Assembly: GCA_963737655.1 (NCBI GenBank)
Contig: CAVTTN010000002.1
Location: forward strand, 7,104,001-7,168,000
Origin: an uncultured Planctomycetota bacterium
Lineage (GTDB): Bacteria; Planctomycetota; Planctomycetia; Isosphaerales; Isosphaeraceae
Direction of reading: 5' to 3'
DNA: 64,000 nt
Positions 32,417 through 44,566 of the stretch are shown here, one piece after another. Each line of letters opens with the position of its first letter. Position 1 is the stretch's first letter. Below the pieces are notes generated by a model that made no database searches, was not told the DNA's origin, and worked only from the letters and a program-made list of their open reading frames with translations. Both the position numbers and the translations under genes were made by a program.

Positions 32417-35400
32417 TCAGAACCCCAGCCCCTTCTTCCGTGAGAGCACCCCATCCACCCAGCGCTTCTCCTCCGTCCCCGGAGGATAGAGGGCCGAGAA
32501 GGATTGTGCCAGCTTCCAGAACCGGGTGTCGCCGCCGGCCCCCGATTCGGTGAGGAACGCCTTCAGCGCCTCGGCCCTCCCGGTGCCGAACAGGATCATC
32601 GCCTGATGGACGCGGTCCAAAACGGTCGCGCCGGGCCTGGGCGGGCCGAAGTCGGCTCCCGGGCCGGCCGACGCGACGGGCGAGGCCACGTCCTCCATCC
32701 CCGTGAGGAAGCCGGCCCGGGCCCTCGGCGGCTTCCTGGGCGGGGGGGCGGCCTGCCCCTCGCCCTTGCCGAAGAGGTGGCGGGCCCGTTCGGAGACCGG
32801 GAGCAGGCGGGCCGTCTTCCCCTTGACCTCGACCACGCTCGTCAGGCTCTCGAGGTTCGCCCCGAGGCCCTGGGCGATCTTCCTCGCCGCGTCGAATTCC
32901 AGGCCGAAGCCCTCGGCCTTCGAGGCCCGGCCGTCGGGTTCCTCGTCGTCGGCGTCCGGCTCCTCGTCGGGCCCGTCGTCCGGGGCGGGGCGACCGCCCG
33001 AATCGGTCGCGCCGGTGGACAGGGTCCAGAGCCACATGGCGGTCAGGCGGGCGTCGGCCTTCAGGCCGCCCGCGTCGGCTTCCTTGAAGATCAGGGAGAG
33101 CGCCTCGTTGGAGACGGCCGCCCAGACCTCGACCAGATACTCCTTGAGCGAGACCGCATCGCCGCTGGCCTTCTCGACGCGCGAGTATCGGGAGAAGACC
33201 TCCAGCGCCGGGCCGAGGCAGGAGAAGATGGCGTCCGCCCCGACGACCCCCTCCGCGGCCAGCCGCGGCATCCACTCGTGAATCCGGCGGGGCAGTTCCT
33301 GGAGCACGTCGCGCCAGTCGCCGACCTCGTCCGTCCGAATCGAGCCGTCGGGATGTTCGCGCGGGCGGCAGACGAGATGGACCGACGATGCCAGCCGCGC
33401 CTGCCCCTGGGCGGCGACACGGGTTTCCATCTCGGTGTCGATCGGCCAGGAGCCCGTGATGATGAACCCGGCATCAATGACGGCCTGGAGAATCGCCTCC
33501 CACGAAGCCGTGGTCTTGCTGGCGAAGACGATCGTCCCCACTCCCGACGGGGCGAGCACGCGACGGCCCTCCGCGAACGCCTGGTCAGTTCGCTCTCATA
33601 GAAGGCGATGTCCTTGGTGCTCTTGCTGAGTTGGTGCGGGCAATCGACGACGATCTCGGCATCCTTGGGGACGCCACCTTCGCGGAAGAGTCACGGGTGG
33701 CCATCCGCCAGCGTGCGACGCATCGAGACGTAGAAGAAATCGGAGAGATAGGCGTAGGGGACAGCGTCGTAATGTGGCGGATCGGTGACGAAGGCTGACG
33801 CGGCGTCGTCCGGGAGTGGATTGTTGGTCGCTGAGGCTTGCTCGACGTGACCCTGCGACCCAGATGTGTCACCCATTACTTAAAGCAGTTGTGACGATCG
33901 ATCGACATACACGTCGAATCCCCCACTTGCACCGCCAGTCGGTACTCCCTCGCTGAAGTCCCAACACATGCAGATAGCCTGTCGTGCAAAGAGTTGGCGC
34001 GGACATTGCGCAATAGGCTCCCAGCGGCTCAAGGTATTGCCCAAGTCTGTTCGTTTACACACCTGCATAGCAAGTATGGTAGTCACTGCCTCCGCGAGCC
34101 CCGGATCGGACCCCCTGGCTCGCGTGAGGCGCTCACACACCTCGCGCACGAGTCGCGCGAGGGTGGTCAGTGCGAGGGCTTGACGGGGAGAGAAGAGGTC
34201 GCCCCAACGCTCCATGCCATAGATCGGAACGCTCACCCGACGTAGCTCGTTTAATGAGATCACTTCGTCGGGGACCAGGCTCCGCCGACTGCCCCGACCG
34301 GCCTCGACTCCTTCTCCCTCCCGCCGCCCCTTCCTCGATCGCTCGGCTCCGTCTTCCTTCTCGCGCCGCTCCAGTTCCGCCGCCGCGGCGTCGAACGCCT
34401 CCTGATCGCCCTTCGTCGGCAGTCGGTAGAATCTCCCTTGCTCCGACTTCCGCGTGGTGACGACGCAGAACAGGCGGCTGTCGGCGGCTCCCCCCCGGCG
34501 GGCCTTGAGCTGCGCCCGACTCGCTCAACCCTGATGGTGAAGCCGGAGACCGGGCAGGTGGCGCTGCCCCGGGCCACGGTCCCGCCCCCCACGTCGGACT
34601 CCTTCGCGGGCTCGAAGATCTCCAGGAGGGGCCGCCGCACTCGCTTGAGGACTCGCTGTCCGTCCTCGACGTAGGCGACCTCGACGGTCTCGGTCTGGAC
34701 GACGCCCTTATCGTCGCGGACCCACCGCAAGGCGCGCCGTCGCCCGGCCTTCTTGGCGAGCCATAGCGACCGCATGAGCGGCACCTCGACGGGGGCGTCG
34801 CCCTCGCCGGGGGCTTCGGAGAGGATCGTCCGCGCCCAGAGCTAGGCGATGGGCGTCGATCCGTCCGGGTCGTCGGGATAGAACCGGGCCAGCTCCTTCT
34901 CGGCCTCGCGCTTGATCCTCTCGCCCCACGTCCGCACCTCGTCGGCGAGGCGCTGGCCGTACCTGGGGATGTACTCCAGGACGACCTTGCTGAGCAGGAC
35001 GGGGATGGGGTTCAGGTCGCTGGCGCCGACGCGGAGGGCCTCCAGGGGGATCGAGCCGCCGGCGAACGGGTCGACGACCAGGGGCCGGGAGCCGGGGGCG
35101 CCGCCGAGCGACTCGTGGGCGGCCCGGGTCAGGGCTCGGCTGGCTTCGAGGTAGGCGGGGACCGTGGAGTTGTCCCAGTTGGCGAAGTCGGCGATGAAGT
35201 CCAGGAGGGCGAACCGGAGCTTGTTGAGGTGGATCGGGTCGGACGTATCGAAGCCGAGCCCCTGGTCGGCCGCCCGGACGATCCCCTCCCACTGGCCGAA
35301 CGACTCGACCGACGCCGAGGCATGGAGGGCCGCCTTGTGGACGACCGTCGAGGCGAACCGCGAGAGGACGTCCGCCGCGGCGTCGCGGAACGCCTGCGGG

Positions 35401-35594
35401 CAGAGGGGATCGGCCGGGTCGGGCCAGAGCGAAGCACAGATCACGGCCCGGCAAGCCGCCAGGGGCCGCCGAGCCCACCAGATATGAAGGGTCGAGATAT
35501 GGCCATGCCGGATCGACTTCTCGCGCCGGGCGTGGGCGCTGATCCGCCGGATGGGGAGATCGACCTCGATCAGGCGCTTGGGGTAGACGGGCAT
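32417..35594 (-). pseudogene. DUF1156 adenine-specific DNA methyltransferase, disrupted
   Basis: KRLIEVDLPI, STLHIWWARRPLAACRA, DPFAGGSIP, DLNP; TAG at 34842; several frameshifts; motif IV reads DPPHYD. Confidence 0.88.
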
Positions 35595-35746
35595 GGTGGA
35601 CAAAATTCCGGGAAACACGATGACGAATGTGTCGATCGCCGAAACGCAAACCCTTTCCGCCGAACAACCTTTGCTTCCCGAGTCTAATCCTAACGGCGGG
35701 TTCATGGCGATGGCGATTCGCCGTGAGAAGCGCCGTTAGCCCGCGG

Positions 35747-35977
35747 TTAGAAGCGTTTTCTCTCTTGTCTGCCAGGACATAGGACGTCCAGCGGCCTCGC
35801 GCCAGTCACGGCCCCGTCGTCCTCGATGCCGATCGGGAGATGTCCGCTCGAGGAATTCGCCAGGGCCACGACTTCCTCGTCGATCTCCTGATAAGTCAAA
35901 CGGCCGCGGTCCGACTGGAACTCGCATTCGAGCGATTCCCCCGCGGCGATCGCCCGGGCGAGTTGAGGAGCCTCCAT
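35747..35977 (-). pseudogene. Truncated AlbA_2 (Schlafen-like) domain
   Basis: GESLECEFQS...VVALANSSSGHLPIGIEDDG. Confidence 0.7.
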
Positions 35978-38758
35978 CACGACACCGCCTCGCGGATCGC
36001 GTCCGGGCCGATGTGGTAGTGCTCGACCTGGACCACGGGGGTCCAGCCCAGCTTCGCGGGGTCCTGGATCGTGTGAAGTTGCGGCGACCCGGCGCAATTG
36101 AAGACCGCGTAGAGCCAGTAGTCCGCCCTCAGCCGCCCGGCGGTCTTGTACTCGTTGGCCGTCAGGGCGATCTCGCCGACGCCCGCCCGGCCCTTGACCT
36201 CGATGAATCGGACCTCGATGAACGTCCTGGCGTCCTCGGGGTGGGGCCGACGGGAGATCAGGTCGAAGCCGCGGTTGTCGGCCTCGACGCTCTCGACCTG
36301 GAAGCCCCTGGCCTCCTCGGACCTGGTGGCGACCTCGACGGCGATCCGCTCGACCTCCTCGTCGCGGACCATCGGGGCGAGCCGGGGCGTCGTCCGCTCG
36401 GGGTGGGGCAGGACCCACGCCCGGCCCAGGTGGGCGATGTCGGCGATCGTGCAGTGCCGCTCCATCTCCAGCTCGCGGAGCCGAGCGTCCAGCCGCTCAT
36501 TGAGGCGGTCGAGGTGCCCCTCGGCCTGCGAGATCAGGCCGTCGAGCCCGGGGACGTTCTGCCCCTCGACCTGGCGGTTCAGGAAGTCGGCCAGTTGGAG
36601 GTTCTGGCGGTCGATCAAGGTCCGGAGCGAGATCTCGACGTGGCGGCGGACCATGTCGTTCCGGTGCTCGCGTTCCTCGGTGACTTCGGCCAGGAACGGC
36701 TGCAACGCCCGCTCCAGGAGCGCCCGCTCGACGGCCTGGCGGTCGGGGAGCGCGTCGTCGTCGGGGATGGCCGAGCCGGGCGAGGCGGGGACCAGGCCGT
36801 CCAGGAACACCGTCGGCTGGCGGACGGCGATCCCGCCCGAGAGGTCGCACTCGACGACGAAGAGCCGCCGGTGGAGGCAGTCGCCGCGCCCGTCCTTGAT
36901 CGAGGCGGCGAAGGCGTCGAGCCGGGCGGGCTCCTTGCGCTGGAGGTCGTGGAAGACCGCCCCCCGCCGCAGGTGGTCGGCCACGCGGTCGATGACATCC
37001 TCGCGGACGACCTCGAAGAGCGGGTGGCCGGGCGTGACCCACTCCAGGGTGGGGTCGGCGGGGAGGAGGGCCTTGTCGAAGGCCACCTTGGGATAGTCGC
37101 CGCCCAACCGCCCGAACCGGGGCTCCAGCCGCTGGCCGATCGCGACCAGGGGCCGGGGGAGCTTCCCGACGCGGTAGACGTGCCCGCCCTTGCCCGTCGC
37201 CTTCGGGTGGACCCCCGAGACCGGGGCCGCCTGGACGAAGAAGTCCTCGATGACCTCGGGGACCAGCCGCCGCTCCCGCGCCTCGACCGACTCGCCGACG
37301 ATGGCCGAGAGGTTGAGTTCCTTCCTGGCCAGCCCCTCCAGGGTGGAGTCGGTGATCGCCCGGAACCGCTCGGGGTTCACGTCGCGGACGATCCGGGCCT
37401 CGATGTCCGGGACGTTGGTGCGGCGGGTGTAGAGGTCGCGGAACAGCCGCTCCAGGAGGTTGCCGGGGAAGACCTCGCCGACCACGTCGAAGACCTGATC
37501 GGTGCCGAGTTCCTTGCGGATCTCGCGGAGCCGCTCCAGGAGCTTGGCGAGCACCCGCCCCTCGTTGGTGTTGACCGCCACGAAGTTGAAGATCAGGCAG
37601 TCGTGCTCCTGGCCGTAGCGGTGGATGCGCCCCATCCGCTGCTCCAGCCGGACCGGGTTCCACGGGATGTCCACGTTGACCATGACGTGGCAGAACTGGA
37701 GGTTGATCCCCTCGCCCGCCGCCTCGGTGACCACGAGGACCTGGGCGTGCTCGCGGAACTCGCGCTCGGCATGGATGCGGCTGCCCGGCGTGTCGCGGTC
37801 GCCGATCTTCATCCCGCCGTGGATCTGGGTGACCGACAGCCCCCACTCGCGGAGCTTGCCAAGCGGCCTGCCGTCCTTGCCGTCGCCCGCCAGGGAATCG
37901 AGGGTGTCCTTGTGCTCGGTGAACAGCAGGAGCTTGGTCGAGGGGTCGGTGAACGCCCCGATATCGGTCAGGACGCGCCGGAGTTCCGCGAGCTTGGTGC
38001 CGACGCCCCGCGCCTCCAGCCCGCGGGCCTGAGCGATCAGGGCGGCCAGCCGGGAGATGCCCTCGCGGAGGACGGCCGGGTCGACCGAGATGACCTCGTC
38101 CTCCAGCCGGGAGAGGAGTTCGGCCTGCTCGTCGTCGGGGAGTTCGTCGAAGTCGTCGGGGATGCGCCGCTCGATCCTCTGCCTGCGGTACGCCTCCGGG
38201 TCGGCCAGGATGTCCTCGCGCTTCGCCCTCATCTGCTCCAGCGATCGCCGGACGGCGTAGATGCTCGACGCCATGCGTCGCTGGAGCATCGCCATGATGA
38301 ATCCGACGGCCCGCCCCGCCGCCGAGTCGTCGGCCGAGGCCCGGATCGACTGGTCCTCGACGTAGCGTGTCAGGGCGTCGTAGAAGTCGAACTCCTCGGC
38401 GTTCAGGTCGAACGTGGTCGTCTTGACCTCGCGCTTCGTGAAGAGCTTCTTGACCTCCCCGCTGTCCGGGTCGGGGAAGGAGACGAGGGACTCCTTGGTC
38501 CTCCGCAGGTAGAACGGTGCGGTCCCCCGCCTCATGGCGTCTTCGAGGCTCTTGACGCTGCCGTACACGTCCTTGTCGAGCAGGGCGAGGAACCGGCAGA
38601 AGTTCTCGGCGTCCCCCTTGTGAGGCGTGGCCGTCATGAGCAGGAAGTGGTCGGTCATCGACGACAGGGACTCGCCCAGGCGGTAGGCGAGCGTCTTGCG
38701 GTCGTCGGCGTAGGCGCTCATCTTGTGCGCCTCGTCCACGATGATCAGGTCCCAGTGC
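35977..38758 (-). pseudogene. SNF2-family helicase with C-terminal DUF3883 nuclease-like domain; 5' part lost at the IS66 insertion
   Basis: WDLIIVDEAH, MTATPHKG, EGINLQ, PWNPVRLEQRMGRIHRYGQ; GFDLIS...IEVKG; Walker A region absent. Confidence 0.9.
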
Positions 38759-40445
38759 GGAAGCGGCTCGTCGTCGTGCCCCACGATGCGCCTCCAACCA
38801 AGCGTCGGGCAGGAGCTCGCCGAGCGCCTTCCAGGGATGCGTCGGCAGCCGTTCCAGGACGTCGTTGAAGTAGGCGAACGGATCAATTTGGTGACGCTTG
38901 CCACTGGCCACAAAGCTGTACAACGTCGCCGCCGTCCGGCCACCTCGGTCGCTCCCGACGACCAGGTAGTTCTTGCGCCCGATGGCTTGAGCACGCAGAC
39001 CCCGCTCCGACACGTTGTTGTCGATGCTCAACTCGCCGTCGCGGGTGTAGGTCTGGAGATCGTCCCACTGATTTCGCGCATAAGACATCGCTTGACCGAC
39101 CGGACTCTTGGGCAGAATTCTTCGACTCTGCTCGTCCAACCATTCACCGAACGCTTTCAAAAGTGGGACCGCATCCCGTTGTCGGAGCGCACGGCGTTCT
39201 TCGGCCGCGAGATCGACACACGCCCTCTCGATCTCGTAGAGTTGCCCGATCCGAGCCAGTACTTGGTGAGCCGGTAACGGAGCGGTGTGCCGGGCGTCGT
39301 AGAACTTGCGAGGGACGTGAGCCCAGCAGGCCACGCGAATCACGTCCGCCCCGGCGCGGAGCCGATCGTACCCGGCGAAGGCCTCGGCCTGGAGATGACC
39401 CGAAAAGCCTTCGAGGAACCGTTCGGGACCGTCGCGGGTGTGACGCGGCGTGAAGTCGTACACGCAATAGGGATTCCCGGCGTCGCCGAGATAGACCCAG
39501 AACCGCCCGGTCGGCGTCCTCGGGAGCGTCGGGTCCCAGACCGGAACCGTGGCGTCATCGGTCCAGATGATCCGCGAGCCACGGACTCGCCTGATCATCA
39601 GGTTGTAGGGCGGTGTGAACAACTCGGCGGATTGGGCCAGCCAGCCGAAGAGCATACTCCGCGAGATCGTCACGCCGTGATGCGCCAGGATCTGCTACTG
39701 GCGGTAGAGCGGCAGATGGTAGGCGAACTTGTTGGTGTTCACGTGGGCCAGGAGACCCGGGCCGGCCAACCCCTTGTCGATCGGCTGAGGTGGTTTGGAC
39801 GGAATCGCGACATGCTCCTGGCACGATCGGCAAGCGTACTTGCGACGGATGAATAGCGAGGCCGGGACGTAGTCCAACTGCTCGGAGATTTCGTCGTCGA
39901 AGTGGGCGCGAAGCCCGCCGCAACCCGGGCAGGCCCGCTCCCGCTCGGTGGGTTCGATGACGACCGGCACGCGAGGCAGATGCTCGGGGAGCGTCTGCCG
40001 ACCGCGACGCTTCCAGGTGCGCTTCGGCTTCTCGGGACCTTCGGGCTCGGCGTCGGCGTCGGCGTCTTGCGGCGAGGCTGACTCGTCGCCCTCGTCGGTG
40101 AAGAGCCGTAACAGGTTCGGATCGAGGCGCTCGCTGCGCGGGCCCTACTTCTGACGCAGCAGGACAACCATCGCGTGTTCGAGCTTCTCGATCCGCCGCT
40201 GAGCCCTGTCGAGGGAGTCCACCTGCTGGCGGATCAACTCATGACAGAGGGCCAAGTCGTTGGGGAGTTCAACCTCGGCGTCATTTATGCGCATATTACA
40301 TGCGCAATCACGTGTCCGACTGGGGGCCGACCCCGAGAAGTCCGCGAGTGATGCGGGATCGCGGACGTAGCGCGGTCGTCGCTTGACGCTCCGGAGATCG
40401 ACGCCATCGAGCAGCATGATCATGTCGGTCGCGTTGACCGTCACG
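38759..40445 (-). mobile_element. IS66-family remnant (tnpB tail + disrupted tnpC)
   Basis: LLDGVDL, CPGCG, HLPLYRQ, TDDAT, ACWAH, IDNNVSERGLR, GRKNY; TAG stops at 39695 and 40145; degenerate end GGAAGCG at 38759. Confidence 0.9.
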
Positions 40446-40469
40446 CGGGTCGCGTCGGCGGCGCTCGGA

Positions 40470-41000
40470 GCAGGGAAACGGAACGTGCCTTACCACCTCC
40501 ACCGCGCGGCCCTTCTCGCGTCGCTTCCACACGGTCGCGTAGCAGGTCTCGGCCGAGACGACCTTCGCCGGCTTGGTCGGCCGGTCCGGCCCCTTACGCC
40601 TCGGGCGGGGCGTCTCGACGCCGTGGAGCTGGCGGACCGCCATCTCATGCGGGGTACGCTCGTCGCTGGTCAGCAGCACATCGGCCCGTCCCCCGGTCCG
40701 ATCGTGGACCTGGCGGATCAGCCGCTCTCGGGCCTCGTCGTCGCGCTGGCTGAGCGCCAGGGCCAGGAGCGAGCTGCTCTCGGGATCGACCGCCGTGTGG
40801 TCCCAGTCGTCGCCGCGCAGCCGGTCCAGAGGTTTGGCCGGGTCGCACGACGCCTTCGCTTGATAGACTTACCCCAATCGCTCGTCGACCGGGACCTCAC
40901 GGGTCAGGGGAAAGAGCTACGAGTTCATCGTGGAGTTTCTCGGCGTGGGGGCCGGCCTTGGCCAGGTAGCGGATGACGATGTCCTTGTCCGCATCGACCG
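40470..41000 (-). pseudogene. IS1-like (planctomycete type) transposase fragment
   Basis: DYWDHTAVDPES, LLTSDE and YATVWKRREKGRAVEV in several frames. Confidence 0.55.
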
Positions 41001-41511
41001 GGCGGCCCGTGGACCGTGGACCGCGTCCCCCATCCTTTGCTGAGGTCGAGAGCGCGTTCTGGACGCCTCAGATTTCGCCGCCCAGCCAGACGACGTTCTT
41101 CAGTCCCCTGACCAGCCACGACCCGGCCATCGCCTAACCCCGCCGGTTCTGGGCGCCGGCCGCCCCATGGGAGGTCAGGACGCTTGGGCGGCCACGGCGG
41201 GACCGGCATGCCGCTGCCTGGGCCGCCTCCGGCCCCAGGCGGTCCCGCCGCCGAGCCGGGACCGGCCCTCGGGGACCGGGCGGTGGACAGGACGGTCGCC
41301 GGGACCCCGCCCGAGGGCTGCGTCGAACCGGCCCAGCAGGTCCTCGATCGCCCGTCGGAGCCGTTCGATCGCCTCACCAGGCCAACGGGCCGGTCGCCCT
41401 CCACGCCGGTCCTGCCCCCCGGACGCCTCTTGATCGACGTGCCGTCCCCGGTGACCGCCGGGGCCGCGCGGGGCGGCGAGGCGGCCCTCGCCCCCACGGG
41501 ATCCGGCCGAG

Positions 41512-41946
41512 TTACCCGGTCCTCTCCGGGCCCGCCACGGCCTGCTCCAGCCTAGCCAGGGCCCTGCCGAGCAGGTCCGCCGGAACGAACTCCGCCAGCA
41601 CCGCCACCACCCGATTGACCACGAACGCCACCGCCTCCGGCGACGCCGCCGACCCCTTCGCCTCCAGGGCCGCCTTGCGCTCGGCCCTCGCCCGCAGCGA
41701 CTCGTCGATCTTGTCCTGGCGGGCCAGGTACGCCACCGCCGCCTTCAGGGCCAGGTGGCCGTCTTCGGACTCCACCAACTCCACCAGCCGCTCCGACGAC
41801 CGGCCGGCCGCCTGCCGGCTCGCCTCCGCCACCGCCTCGCGGAACCCGGTGTCCTCCCGCAGTTCCCGCTTCAGCGTCGAATAGCTCGTCCCGGCCACCC
41901 GGGCGGCCCGCACCCGCCCCGAACCCCGCTCCAACTGGCCCAGCAC
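41512..41946 (-). CDS. HTH protein resembling a terminase small subunit
   Basis: RAARVAGTSYSTLKRELREDTGFREAVAEA...ALKAAVAYL; true start uncertain. Confidence 0.5.
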   Translation of the reverse strand: MLGQLERGSGRVRAARVAGTSYSTLKRELREDTGFREAVAEASRQAAGRSSERLVELVESEDGHLALKAAVAYLARQDKIDESLRARAERKAALEAKGSAASPEAVAFVVNRVVAVLAEFVPADLLGRALARLEQAVAGPERTG

Positions 41947-42512
41947 GATGGACCTCTGGGTTGGATCAAGCCGCCCCCGCAGCGGCCCCGAATCCTCCGC
42001 CTCGTCGAACCCGCCGATCGCGTCACTCGCCCCTTTCCGCCGGCCCTGGACCCTCGCCCCGGACCCCGCGACCCCCCTCGCGGCCCGGACCCCCCGGACC
42101 CTCCGGCCCGGGCCTCCCGGACCGCTCGGCCCGGTCGGCGCGGGCCCGGTCCAGCCGCTCCCTCCTCCGGTCCGCCTCGCCCCGCTCCCACGCCCGCTGC
42201 GACTCCTGGCGGTCCGACTCCAGCGACGCCGCCCGCCGGACCGCCCGCCGGGCCAGGTAGCTCAAGACCGCCGGCACGATCGCCAGGGCCGCGCAACGAT
42301 CGCCAGGGCCGCGCAGAGCAACGCCGCCCACCCCGACACCACCTGCGACTGGGCGAGCACCGCCGAACCCGACGCGCCGGCCGTCCCGGCCACCGTCAGC
42401 CACACCGACGCCGGCCCCGGGCCTAGGCCCGACGACATCCACGACATCCCCCACCCCCCTCCCCGCCAGGCCCCACCCGGACCGTGTGCTCGCCTCGGTG
42501 CGGGGACCGGGG

Positions 42513-43158
42513 GTGGAAGCCGCTTCCACCCGCGACGCGCCCGGCGACCTCAGACCCCGAGCCGGTCGAGCTCGCGGTCTGAGGTCGCCGCCAGGGCCCT
42601 CGCGCGGCCGGCGGCCGAGTGTCGGGGCGGGGCGGCCTCGCCGGCCTCCGCCGCCTTGACGTCCTCGAAGAACCGGTACAGGCCGGCCAACGTCACGCAC
42701 CGGGTCCCGCCGACATGAACGTAATCCAGCTTACCGCCGCAAGATCCGTTCATTCATCGATAGATCGTGGCGACGTGGGGCGGCCGGCCGCCGCGGCGGC
42801 GGGGCAAGTACCGGCACGCCTGCGCCGGCGTCATCAGGTCGTGCGGCCCCGGCACGGGGCGGTCGGCTCGGGGGAGGTCGGCGGGCTCGTCGATGCTCAT
42901 CGTGCGAGTACCTCATCGGGTCGGGGTCGCGAGCGGGGTCCGATCGCCCCGATCCCCGGCCACGGCCCCCATCTTCGGGCCTCTCGCCGGGGCCGGGCAG
43001 AGGACGCGATCGGCCACGGACCCATGCGACGAGCCAGGCGGGCCCGGCCCCGCGGCCGTCCGGTGGGGCGTCCCCCGCGGGTCTGGACCCTGCGCTTCCC
43101 GCCGCCTCGGTCCCCGGCGGAACGCGCCTTCGAACCCTGGCGGGGACGCGGCGTCCAC
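42513..43158. repeat. 17-bp palindromes at 42513-42529 and 43142-43158 flanking a DUF1580 gene
   Basis: GTGGAAGCCGCTTCCAC and GGGGACGCGGCGTCCAC. Confidence 0.88.
42550..42900 (-). pseudogene. Second DUF1580-like gene with an in-frame TGA
   Basis: LMTPAQACRYLPRRRGGRPHVATIYR*MNG...VGGTRCVTLAGLYRFF; TGA at 42754-42756 where Trp is expected. Confidence 0.75.
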
Positions 43159-43230
43159 GCTCCGCGGCGAGGGGGGAACCTTCGGGGGCCGATGCAATCC
43201 GGGGCGATCCCTGCCCGCTCCGCGGGGGCC

Positions 43231-44448
43231 TCAGCGAGCCACCGCGCGACGCATCGGCTGGCGGCGTCCGTAGGTCAGCGACCTCCACGCCCATTCCGCC
43301 GGCCCGAACCGATACCTCCTCAGCCACGCGGAGCTGAAGGCCAGTTGGCCCGCGTAGAGGGCCAGCCCCACGAGTGCCGCGGGGGCCGATCCGAGGTGGC
43401 CGGACCACCCCAGCCCGTATCCGTAGAAGATCAGGCCCAGGGCCAGCGACTGGGCCAGGTAGTTCGTCAGGGCCATCCGGCCCACCGCCGCCACCGCCGA
43501 GACCAGGGGCCGTCCCCTCGATCCGCGCCCGGCCAGGAGCAGGATCGAGGCGTAAGCCAGGGCCAGTGGAAGGGAGGAAGCGGCGTCCAGCAGCCGACCG
43601 GGCACCGGGGACGGACTCCCCGTGGAGGCCGAGGCGACATGCAACGCCGTCGCCGACCCTCCCACGACACCCCCCGCGATGGCGACCACCCAGAGCAGGC
43701 CCCGATGGCCCGGCGGGTCGCGGACAACCCCGGCCCTCCAGGAGGCCAGGCCCAGCAGCATCACGCCGAGGGTCCTGGGCAGGACGCCCAGCAGCAGCGG
43801 GATGATCAACTGCCGAGTCTCGGCCCGGTGGAATGCGAGGACCTCCGCATAGCTGCCCCGAGCGTACACGCCCCTCGCCTCGGCGGCCATCGACCTCAGG
43901 GCGTCCTCGTCGGGGATCGCGGGGCCGAGATCGACCACCCACGGGAGGGCCGCGGCGACGACGCCGGCGACCACCTGGGCCGCCACCGGCAGCCGCAGCA
44001 CCGGCAGCAGCAGGAGGCCGCAGGCCGCATAGAGCGTGAGGATGTCGCCGTTCCAGACCAGCAGCATGTGGGCCAGGCCGATCCCCAGGAGGACCGCGAG
44101 CCGCCTCGCCAGGAGGAGGCGGGCGCCGGCCCCCCGGGCCGCGGCCCTCTTGTCGAAGCCGCCCAGGCCGGCGCCGAACAGGAGGGAGAAGAGGGTGATG
44201 GCCTTGAATTCCAGGAACGCGGCGACGAGCACGTCGACGAGGCGGTCGAGGTGTCCGGTCGCGGTGTGGAAGCGGAGGAGGTGCTCGGCCAGGGGGATCC
44301 GGAAGTCGCTCAGGAGGTTCACCAGGAGGACGCCGAGCAGCGCGACGCCGCGGAGGACGTCCAGGGCCTCGATCCGGTCCGCCCCCTCGACGGGCCGCAA
44401 GGGGCCGTCCCCCTCGCCGGCCCCGGCCGCCCCACGATCCTCCGTCAT
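43231..44448 (-). CDS. DUF418 / YeiB-family membrane protein
   Basis: RIEALDVLRGVALLG, FSLLFG, GDILTLYA, GRMALTNYL, GPAEW. Confidence 0.92.
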   Translation of the reverse strand: MTEDRGAAGAGEGDGPLRPVEGADRIEALDVLRGVALLGVLLVNLLSDFRIPLAEHLLRFHTATGHLDRLVDVLVAAFLEFKAITLFSLLFGAGLGGFDKRAAARGAGARLLLARRLAVLLGIGLAHMLLVWNGDILTLYAACGLLLLPVLRLPVAAQVVAGVVAAALPWVVDLGPAIPDEDALRSMAAEARGVYARGSYAEVLAFHRAETRQLIIPLLLGVLPRTLGVMLLGLASWRAGVVRDPPGHRGLLWVVAIAGGVVGGSATALHVASASTGSPSPVPGRLLDAASSLPLALAYASILLLAGRGSRGRPLVSAVAAVGRMALTNYLAQSLALGLIFYGYGLGWSGHLGSAPAALVGLALYAGQLAFSSAWLRRYRFGPAEWAWRSLTYGRRQPMRRAVAR

Positions 44449-44566
44449 TCGCAGACCTCCGCTCTGCGGGACCGGCACGCCCTCACGGGCCGTCGCCCCG
44501 TTATACTGGCCGGGGAGACCGGGGCCCAACGTCCGGCGCCCGGGACGGCCGGATTCGAGCACGGCC

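Noticed and set aside
35977..38994. 1005-aa helicase ORF as an intact gene
   Set aside because: The first ~78 aa are out-of-frame IS66 sequence, and the helicase N-terminus with Walker A is missing
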